From Enterobacter phage vB_EhoM-IME523: DNA of 40,000 nt. Below the pieces are notes generated by a model. That model searched no databases. It saw only the letters and a list, made by a program, of their open reading frames with translations, and was not told the origin of the DNA. This document shows, piece after piece, positions 34,131 through 40,000 of the stretch (its first letter is position 1; each line of letters opens with the position of its first letter). The DNA lies in sequence record MN087708.1. One strand, written 5' to 3'. A program made the translations under genes and the position numbers.

Positions 34131-34705
34131 ACACCCACCAGTTCACACCAATGTTTTCTGCACAGTGAGATATAACGGTCTTCACCGCCTAATTCTACCT
34201 GAGCGCCTTCAGTTATAGCAGAACCGTCTTCTCTGATTCGTGCTACCATTGTAGCTTTACGTCCACAATGGCATACGCCTTTGAGTTCGACTAATTTATC
34301 TGCTGTAGCAAGTAATGCTTTAGAACCTTCAAATAACTCACCACGGAAATCAGTACGAAGCCCATAACACATTACAGGACAATTATACAAATCTACGATT
34401 TTGCATAACTGGAAAACCTGTTCGGATTCAAGGAACTGGGCCTCATCGACCATTACACAATGAATGTCACGTTGGACATGAGCCCATTTAAAGAACTCAA
34501 GCAAATCCATACCAGGAGTAATAATATTTGCTTCTTGTTTAAGGCCAATACGAGATACAATTTCAGTAGATGAATCTCTTGAATCAATCGAAGGTTTCAT
34601 TACTAAAGTGCCCATACCACGTTCTTTATAGTTATTAGCATGCGAAAGCAAGGCCAGTGATTTACCGGCATTCATACTTGCATAATGAAAATAAAGTTGA
34701 GCCAT
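34127..34705 (-). CDS. tk: Thymidine kinase, 192 aa
   Basis: YASMNAGKSLALLSHANNYKERG, VMVDEAQFL, YGLRTDFRGELFEGS. Confidence 0.96.
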   Translation of the reverse strand: MAQLYFHYASMNAGKSLALLSHANNYKERGMGTLVMKPSIDSRDSSTEIVSRIGLKQEANIITPGMDLLEFFKWAHVQRDIHCVMVDEAQFLESEQVFQLCKIVDLYNCPVMCYGLRTDFRGELFEGSKALLATADKLVELKGVCHCGRKATMVARIREDGSAITEGAQVELGGEDRYISLCRKHWCELVGV

Positions 34706-34714
34706 TATAAATCC

Positions 34715-34900
34715 TTAAGCCATAATGCTTTCTAAATATTGTTCAAGCTGTTCACGAAGATTGTCGACTTCTTGTTCATCTTCTTCTTTACTTGAACGAG
34801 ATGCGGTCCAATTGGATTCAGACCATGTTGCCGCAGCCTGAGCAATACGCATCTCATCGGCTAACCAGAAAATGTGTTCTTTCTGTTCTTTAGTAATCAT
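34715..34900 (-). CDS. Hypothetical protein, 61 aa
   Basis: Complete ORF. Confidence 0.6.
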   Translation of the reverse strand: MITKEQKEHIFWLADEMRIAQAAATWSESNWTASRSSKEEDEQEVDNLREQLEQYLESIMA

Positions 34901-35078
34901 ATTCTATACCATCCATAGCAAGAATGTGTTTACGTTGCTTTTCAAGAGCAGCTTCAGCTTCTTCAAAAAGTTTCTGAGGACCTTCTAAACGTTGGTACAT
35001 TACTTCTTGAGCTAAGTTAATAAGCTTATCAATTTGCTCTACAATATAGCACTGTTCTTCATCAGATATGGACATCAT
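34890..35078 (-). CDS. Hypothetical protein, 62 aa
   Basis: Complete ORF. Confidence 0.6.
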   Translation of the reverse strand: MMSISDEEQCYIVEQIDKLINLAQEVMYQRLEGPQKLFEEAEAALEKQRKHILAMDGIEYDY

Positions 35079-35545
35079 TTACCGTCCCAATCTACAATAA
35101 TGATATTCAGATTAGGAGTGAACATATCGATTAAGACCGATACCTTTTCCCAATCACCGCCGGCAATACCGCAACCAATACGTGGCATATAAACGAGCGG
35201 AGGAACAATCTTATTGGAACCCCACTCATTTAATTCTATCATACAGTTTACTAAAGCACCATAATCAAGATTCGGACCTGGCTCGTATTGTGTATAAAGG
35301 TTAAAGCAATATACTTCTTTATCACCTGGCCCATGAATCCTAGTTGCTTTAGTATAAGTACCAAGCTTATAAGAGTCGCCAAGTAAAGTATCCGCTTTAT
35401 CAATTGCCAGAATAGGAGGATAATATTTTGCTAGTTGTCCTGCTACTCCAGCACCCATTTGATGGAAACAGTTACAGCCGTGAGCAACGTTATACCCAGA
35501 CTTGAACAATTCCACGATATTACCGGTGATGTATTTGGTAATCAT
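35075..35545 (-). CDS. tk.4: Macro-domain (ADP-ribose-phosphatase-like) protein, T4 Tk.4-like, 156 aa
   Basis: ITGNIVE...NVAHGCNCFHQMGAGVAGQLAKYYP...YMPRIGCGIAGGDW. Confidence 0.85.
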   Translation of the reverse strand: MITKYITGNIVELFKSGYNVAHGCNCFHQMGAGVAGQLAKYYPPILAIDKADTLLGDSYKLGTYTKATRIHGPGDKEVYCFNLYTQYEPGPNLDYGALVNCMIELNEWGSNKIVPPLVYMPRIGCGIAGGDWEKVSVLIDMFTPNLNIIIVDWDGK

Positions 35546-35910
35546 TTAGCGTTTAAACCTCTGTTATAAGCGTCGACCAATCGGTCGACCATAGACGTAC
35601 ACACGTCTTTAAATTGTGCATCTGAAGGAATGCATTCAGTTGTCATTAATCGGTTTTCATATCTTTCAGACAAAGCTTTCTCTCTGTATCGAGAACGAGC
35701 ATCCATCTGTCCGTCTTTATATGAACTCATAACCTGATTACTGAATTCTAAAATGCAATCCACGTTTGATGGTGAACAATAATCTTTAGCCGTACGCTTG
35801 GCATACTCCAATATATCTGTCATATTAGACTTAGTTACTTCTATTTCAGGATTTGCTGATACTCCCATACTTAGTGTTAAACATACCGCCAAAGCTATTT
35901 GTTTTAACAT
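35542..35910 (-). CDS. Predicted secreted cysteine-containing protein, 122 aa
   Basis: MLKQIALAVCLTLSMGVSANP signal peptide; four cysteines in the mature part. Confidence 0.75.
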   Translation of the reverse strand: MLKQIALAVCLTLSMGVSANPEIEVTKSNMTDILEYAKRTAKDYCSPSNVDCILEFSNQVMSSYKDGQMDARSRYREKALSERYENRLMTTECIPSDAQFKDVCTSMVDRLVDAYNRGLNAK

Positions 35911-36462
35911 TTAATCCACCGTTTGATGTAGCATCCTTTTGGATTTAAGGTAATTTGCCTTAGCAAGAACCTGCGATGCATACTTATTTCCAGCCTTTAC
36001 ATTATTGCCCGCATTGTAAGAAGCAATGGCTTTCCTCATATCACCATTATGCCGTTCTAGCCAATAAGATAACTCAATATAAGCCCAGGACGCACTGTTT
36101 TTGCGCTCCTTAACCATTTTGATTATCTCTTTATCTGACATCTTCCAACCTACCTGCGCCATCCTATTACGTAGGGTAGGCAAGTAATTTTGGAACATGC
36201 CGTAAGCATGATGCTTATGCTTTTCTTCACCTGTATTTAAGCCTGCAGAACTTTCCTGCCAAGCCAAACCGGCCATTATGTAACCTAAACCGTTATTATC
36301 ATAACGCTTCGATGGTTCTTTGAACTTACCCGACTTTTGGAACTGTTCACCGAACGCGTAAGCGTACTGCAAATTGTCAAGTTGTTCATTACTGAAAGTA
36401 GGCTCTACGCTATGGGCAGACATACTAACTGTCAATAGTAAAGTTGCTAATACTTTTTTCAT
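35911..36462 (-). CDS. Secreted lytic transglycosylase-like protein, 183 aa
   Basis: MKKVLATLLLTVSMSAHSVEP signal peptide; GLAWQESSAG...AYGMFQNY...AIASYNAGNNVK...YASQVL SLT motifs. Confidence 0.82.
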   Translation of the reverse strand: MKKVLATLLLTVSMSAHSVEPTFSNEQLDNLQYAYAFGEQFQKSGKFKEPSKRYDNNGLGYIMAGLAWQESSAGLNTGEEKHKHHAYGMFQNYLPTLRNRMAQVGWKMSDKEIIKMVKERKNSASWAYIELSYWLERHNGDMRKAIASYNAGNNVKAGNKYASQVLAKANYLKSKRMLHQTVD

Positions 36463-36472
36463 GAATTCTCTC

Positions 36473-36931
36473 TTAGATTAAATCAATAACTTTTGTGCTA
36501 GTTTTTCCTTCAAGACGACGGTTGTTGATAAAAGCCATACGACAGCACAGAGAAGGCATTTTGCCTGGCTGAGGACGGTCTACGGTCATACCTAACCACA
36601 GATTGCGGTCGGTGATTTCAAGACGAAGAGGGCGGTAATTGATACCAGGTTCTTTGTCTTCTTCAACATCAGGTAATGCCGGCATATTAAGAAATTCTAC
36701 AACTTCTTTAACATGATTATGAAGACGTTTGAATAGTGCGAAGACGTACTGCTCATCAATTTCACGTTGAATAGCACGGTCCAAGAGGTGAGGACTGTAC
36801 TTGACGAAGAAGCGTTTTACGCCTGCTTCAGTACAGGATGAGGCAATAGATTTGTTGATTTCGGCGAACTCGGTTTCGAAGATACGACGAAGTTTGTTGC
36901 GGCGAATGTAAACGCTTGAATCGATAGTCAT
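36473..36931 (-). CDS. regB: RegB site-specific endoribonuclease
   Basis: IRRNKLRRIFETEF...YSPHLLDRAIQREIDEQYVFALF...YRPLRLEITDRNLWLGMTV strongly resembles T4 RegB. Confidence 0.96.
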   Translation of the reverse strand: MTIDSSVYIRRNKLRRIFETEFAEINKSIASSCTEAGVKRFFVKYSPHLLDRAIQREIDEQYVFALFKRLHNHVKEVVEFLNMPALPDVEEDKEPGINYRPLRLEITDRNLWLGMTVDRPQPGKMPSLCCRMAFINNRRLEGKTSTKVIDLI

Positions 36932-36935
36932 TTTG

Positions 36936-36988
36936 ATCTCCTTTTAGTGTGTATGAAGATAGTAACACAACTAAAAGGAGATGTAAAC
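36936..36988 (-). promoter_or_regulatory. Early promoter GTTTAC-N18-TACTAT plus 13-bp inverted repeat over the regB Shine-Dalgarno
   Basis: -35 36983-36988, -10 36959-36964; arms ATCTCCTTTTAGT (36936-36948)/ACTAAAAGGAGAT (36970-36982). Confidence 0.75.
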
Positions 36989-36991
36989 TGC

Positions 36992-37201
36992 TTACTCTTG
37001 GAATGGAGTGAGCTTACCTGCGATTGAACAAATTTCAACCAATGCAGGATAGAACTCTTTGACTTGTTCTAAACGTTGCTGAGCGTAAGCCATTTGACCT
37101 TCTTCGATACACGCTTCTTGGTCTTTCAGCAGATATTGATGGTATGCTGTACAAGCATCTGCAATGGCACTTTGGAAATCACGTAAACTTTCAATTTGCA
37201 T
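36992..37201 (-). CDS. Hypothetical protein, 69 aa
   Basis: Complete ORF. Confidence 0.65.
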   Translation of the reverse strand: MQIESLRDFQSAIADACTAYHQYLLKDQEACIEEGQMAYAQQRLEQVKEFYPALVEICSIAGKLTPFQE

Positions 37202-37545
37202 TAGTATTTCTCTTCAGGTCTGAAAACAGCACGGCACGCCCACATACTTGCTTCTTTAAGACGCTCTTTAGCAATATTCAATTGGGCCGCGGCAATCAGG
37301 TCTTCATTGATTTGCCCATGAGTCTGGTCAACTTTAGTTGCAAGTGCTTCATCAAGCAAGGCATCAAGAATTAACCCAAGACGGACTTCGGCGTCTTTGA
37401 TAGCATTTACTTTACCGATTTTGTCTTCGGTATGTGGCTTATAGCCTTTAATATCTTCAATCGACATAAGGTACCTCTTCATCGGTTTCTTTGTCATATT
37501 CGACCAGCTCAATAGGCTCATTAATTCCATAACCACGAGTACCAA
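37201..37545 (-). CDS. Hypothetical protein (start uncertain, may be near MSIEDIKGYK)
   Basis: Complete ORF. Confidence 0.6.
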   Translation of the reverse strand: MVLVVMELMSLLSWSNMTKKPMKRYLMSIEDIKGYKPHTEDKIGKVNAIKDAEVRLGLILDALLDEALATKVDQTHGQINEDLIAAAQLNIAKERLKEASMWACRAVFRPEEKY

Positions 37546-37696
37546 TGTAAGTAGTTACATCATCATATTTGCATTCTTTGGCATTCCATCCAGAATCAGC
37601 CCAGGCTTCCATAAAGCCTTGTTCACCACTATTGCTAAACCACGAACAGAATTCTTCGATAGCCTTTTGACTACCATTGATTATAACTTGCGCCAT
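37457..37696 (-). CDS. Hypothetical protein, 79 aa
   Basis: Complete ORF. Confidence 0.65.
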   Translation of the reverse strand: MAQVIINGSQKAIEEFCSWFSNSGEQGFMEAWADSGWNAKECKYDDVTTYIGTRGYGINEPIELVEYDKETDEEVPYVD

Positions 37697-37937
37697 TATA
37701 GCCGCCTTCTTTTACATAACGAACAGAAATGTCTAATTTGATTGGGTCTTTGAATACAGGAACAGCACGAATCAATTTACGGTCATAACAAATTAGACTG
37801 CGAGATACCAGGCCATAAAGAGGCCCGGCAACAAAAATAATTTGGATATCTGGTTTTGAATTCAGCTCTTCAAGAGTTGCTTCGGTTTCAATCACAGATT
37901 TCTTGAAAGGACCATCCATAAACATATAACGCATCAT
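37671..37937 (-). CDS. Hypothetical protein, 88 aa
   Basis: Start reset to MMRYMFMDGPFKKSV. Confidence 0.65.
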   Translation of the reverse strand: MMRYMFMDGPFKKSVIETEATLEELNSKPDIQIIFVAGPLYGLVSRSLICYDRKLIRAVPVFKDPIKLDISVRYVKEGGYNGASYNQW

Positions 37938-38461
37938 TGTATTCCTATCACGAAGAAAAGAGGCAGAGGTGTATTTAGTTGGCACATATACTTTTCGACA
38001 AGGTCTTGATACGCCTTATAGAACTTAGACATTTCAGGGACCTTCATCGGCTCTTCAATTATAATCAAAGCCCGGTTAATGCGTAAACCTCTGTACTTGT
38101 TGAAACCATCATCCGCCAAGAAGCTACGAATTGTATCGCCAATAACAAAACCTTGGTGGTTTCTATTTAAACAGTGATTAGTAGTACACTTACGTTTAAT
38201 GAGGTCGACTAGTTCACGACTTTGAGACGAATTTGTACTCAGTACAATTACATCCCCGCCTTCGTCACGCCATCGAGATGCAAACTCTGCAGCAGCAGAA
38301 GTTTTGCCAGTTTGACGACCGCCATCGATACGAAGAGTGCCAAATTCTTGCATTTTGCTTATAGGACTTAAATAGTCCCAGGTTTCGCCATCTAAGCGTT
38401 CTAATGCACGGTCTGTGAAAGCGTACATCATGGTTAGATACACAGGTGTTAAATATTTCAT
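37934..38461 (-). CDS. P-loop NTPase, 175 aa
   Basis: Walker A RIDGGRQTGKTSAAAEFA, VIVLSTN, Walker B-like ALIIIEEP; start at MKYLTPVYL with SD AGAG. Confidence 0.78.
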   Translation of the reverse strand: MKYLTPVYLTMMYAFTDRALERLDGETWDYLSPISKMQEFGTLRIDGGRQTGKTSAAAEFASRWRDEGGDVIVLSTNSSQSRELVDLIKRKCTTNHCLNRNHQGFVIGDTIRSFLADDGFNKYRGLRINRALIIIEEPMKVPEMSKFYKAYQDLVEKYMCQLNTPLPLFFVIGIQ

Positions 38462-38498
38462 TTTTATTTCTCTGGTTAGTGGGGCCATTCCTTGGCGC

Positions 38499-38527
38499 AT
38501 AATTCGTCCATGTCACACTATGTAAAC
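38499..38527 (-). promoter_or_regulatory. Candidate early promoter GTTTAC-N17-AATTAT
   Basis: Upstream of the P-loop NTPase gene; -10 less canonical. Confidence 0.5.
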
Positions 38528-38633
38528 CCTTTACCGCACTTGGGCTCGACCTTGCTACAGGTAGGAAAAGGCCCATCACTCAGAGGACACAACGTTCATG
38601 AGGAGAGGGTGTGTCTGCCTTTATTAAGAAATC

Positions 38634-38927
38634 TTATGCAAACGGGTCGTGAAGTTTATTGCCAACTTTACGGAAGACTTTAGCAGCAAATTTGTTAGTT
38701 GGGTTATCAACCATAATTTTACGCATCTGGCTTGTAGCTGCAGTACGAGCTGCTTTATAACCAGCGATATTATCTTTGATAGTTACACGTTTGCCACCAG
38801 GACCATCAACGGTTACTTTATATACGCCTTCATCTTCACCTGGTTTGATTTCTTCAATCCAGATATAGCCACCCTGGACACGTTGGGCCTGGGCTGTTTC
38901 AGTGAGAAACTCTTGATAAGTTTTCAT
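38634..38927 (-). CDS. Candidate internal head protein (IP-like), 97 aa
   Basis: N-terminus MKTYQEFLTE matches T4 IPI/IPIII MKTYQEFIAE; LTE is a gp21-type cleavage site; sits in the denV/ip/e neighbourhood. Confidence 0.75.
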   Translation of the reverse strand: MKTYQEFLTETAQAQRVQGGYIWIEEIKPGEDEGVYKVTVDGPGGKRVTIKDNIAGYKAARTAATSQMRKIMVDNPTNKFAAKVFRKVGNKLHDPFA

Positions 38928-38944
38928 TTTTAATCCTTAATTAA

Positions 38945-39361
38945 TTAGTTGTAGATAGCCTTACCATAATGTTTATACCACTGAGGCCGTTGAGCAATTT
39001 TTTCATCCAGACGTGCTTGAGAAATTTTAAGAGCGTCTAGAGTTGGAACATAATCATTGCGGAACTCAACCGGAATGTCGCTAATATCCTGAACAGTAGT
39101 GTCCTGGATTTTAAAGCCACGTTTTAAGCATTCCGCGATTAAGTCAATTTGACGTTTACGCAAGAACTCGAGTTTGTCATAAAAGAATGTTACATGACCA
39201 GTACCTAAAATGAAAACTGAAGAGATTTTAAAATCCTTTAGCTTTTTACCATTTTGAACATGCTTACGAACAGCACCGAATACACGAGGTAGTTCACGAT
39301 ATTCAGCCATCAGATGCTGGTCAGCAAGTTCAGATACTAAAGTTAAGTTAATGCGTGTCAT
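38945..39361 (-). CDS. denV: Endonuclease V, pyrimidine-dimer DNA glycosylase
   Basis: [35 protein letters not shown]...[25 protein letters not shown] matches T4 DenV. Confidence 0.98.
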   Translation of the reverse strand: MTRINLTLVSELADQHLMAEYRELPRVFGAVRKHVQNGKKLKDFKISSVFILGTGHVTFFYDKLEFLRKRQIDLIAECLKRGFKIQDTTVQDISDIPVEFRNDYVPTLDALKISQARLDEKIAQRPQWYKHYGKAIYN

Positions 39362-39366
39362 TTTTA

Positions 39367-39421
39367 ATCTCCGTTTGTTTGGTATGAGAGTATCATAACA
39401 CGGTCAAACGGAGATGTAAAC
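39367..39421 (-). promoter_or_regulatory. Early promoter GTTTAC-N18-TATGAT plus 11-bp inverted repeat over the denV Shine-Dalgarno
   Basis: -35 39416-39421, -10 39392-39397; arms ATCTCCGTTTG (39367-39377)/CAAACGGAGAT (39405-39415). Confidence 0.75.
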
Positions 39422-39696
39422 TACTTCTTAGAATAATCTGCCATTAGTGCAGCAATATCACCAAGTTTCTTACCAAACAGATATTCGACTTCATTACCTT
39501 TCTTATCTACGATCTGCCATTGGCCTGAACCTTTGTTGCCAAAGGTATAATCGCCAACTTTATAAGAGAAGCCACCTACTTTTTTAATAGGAGTAAAAGT
39601 GAAACCACCTTTCTTAGCCAAAAATTCCATCCGACGCAGATCATCGGCATCTTCGTTCAAAGCCTGTTCGGCAATAAACTCATTATAAGTTTTCAT
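39421..39696 (-). CDS. Candidate internal head protein (IP-like), 91 aa
   Basis: Start reset to [10 protein letters not shown]|[10 protein letters not shown]; T4 IP-like capsid-targeting sequence with IAE cleavage site; overlaps the stop of lysozyme e. Confidence 0.8.
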   Translation of the reverse strand: MKTYNEFIAEQALNEDADDLRRMEFLAKKGGFTFTPIKKVGGFSYKVGDYTFGNKGSGQWQIVDKKGNEVEYLFGKKLGDIAALMADYSKK

Positions 39697-40000
39697 ATGC
39701 TTTCCAAGTACCAGTTTTAAATGTTGCAATCACACGTTTAGCGCGATTAGGGGTTTGAGATTTGTACCAGCGAGAATCAGCTAACTCGATTGCGGCTTTG
39801 TCCCACTGTTTCGCTTTTAACAGACGCATACCTTTAGGGAAACCTGCTGTACCAGCAACACCCATCTGGAACACCATGTTAATTAACGCACAACGACGAA
39901 CTTCATCTAGCACATCATAAACAGGTTTTAGAGTAGCATTAGCCAAGATACCTTTACGAGCTTTTTCTACAGAAGAATTGAAAAGATTTTCTGCTTCCTG
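39683..40000 (-). CDS. e: T4-type lysozyme, C-terminal part (N-terminus beyond window)
   Basis: [35 protein letters not shown]...[30 protein letters not shown]; frame open to the window edge ([19 protein letters not shown]). Confidence 0.95.
   Translation of the reverse strand, partial: QEAENLFNSSVEKARKGILANATLKPVYDVLDEVRRCALINMVFQMGVAGTAGFPKGMRLLKAKQWDKAAIELADSRWYKSQTPNRAKRVIATFKTGTWKAYENL

Noticed and set aside
36908-36913. Additional GTTTAC inside the regB coding region
   Set aside because: No -10 at the usual 18-nt spacing and within coding sequence.
38265-38579. Minus-strand 104-aa ORF
   Set aside because: Out-of-frame overlap with the P-loop NTPase gene, no SD, starts in the noncoding gap.
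566-39941. All plus-strand ORFs in the track (for example 3598-3993, 8087-8479, 9727-10050, 14308-14775, 32009-32536)
   Set aside because: They lie antisense to confidently identified or well-packed minus-strand genes and lack SD sequences and recognisable motifs.
1-40000. tRNA genes, CRISPR arrays, group I introns, homing endonucleases, transposons
   Set aside because: No cloverleaf with T-loop consensus, no regularly spaced repeats, core genes (43, 46, nrdC) uninterrupted, and the only HNH-like protein is gp49.

Overview
The window is an early/middle region of a T4-like (Tevenvirinae-type) phage genome, with all credible genes on the minus strand. Backbone genes recognised: dCMP hydroxymethylase-type gp42, gp43, RegA, gp62, gp44, gp45, RpbA (by position), gp46, gp47, gp55, NrdH-like, gp49, NrdC, Tk, macro-domain Tk.4-like, RegB, DenV and the C-terminus of lysozyme e. 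I see no tRNA, CRISPR, intron or homing endonuclease. Most notable: (1) at 0-5 kb, next to gp42, a gene set that reads as a complete nucleotide-sugar pathway (KdsD/KpsF-type pentose-phosphate isomerase, fused nucleotidyltransferase/sugar kinase, HAD phosphatase, candidate glycosyltransferase, TMK-like kinase). It sits where T4 has beta-gt/42/imm and suggests arabinosylated hydroxymethylcytosine made by a GmhA/HddA/GmhB/HddC-like route. (2) Two small proteins flanking denV start MKTYxEFxxE, matching the T4 internal-protein capsid-targeting sequence, so they may be ejected anti-defence effectors. (3) About ten near-identical early promoters (GTTTAC-N18-TANNAT), most with the -10 in the loop of an inverted repeat (PeSL-like). 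At regB and denV the spacer carries an anti-Shine-Dalgarno. (4) A gene 49 leader hairpin over the start codon with an embedded late-promoter-like octamer. (5) Several sub-60-aa ORFs missed by the supplied track, mostly small membrane proteins, plus a DksA/TraR-like zinc finger and a secreted lytic transglycosylase. All calls are from reading the sequence; no searches were run.
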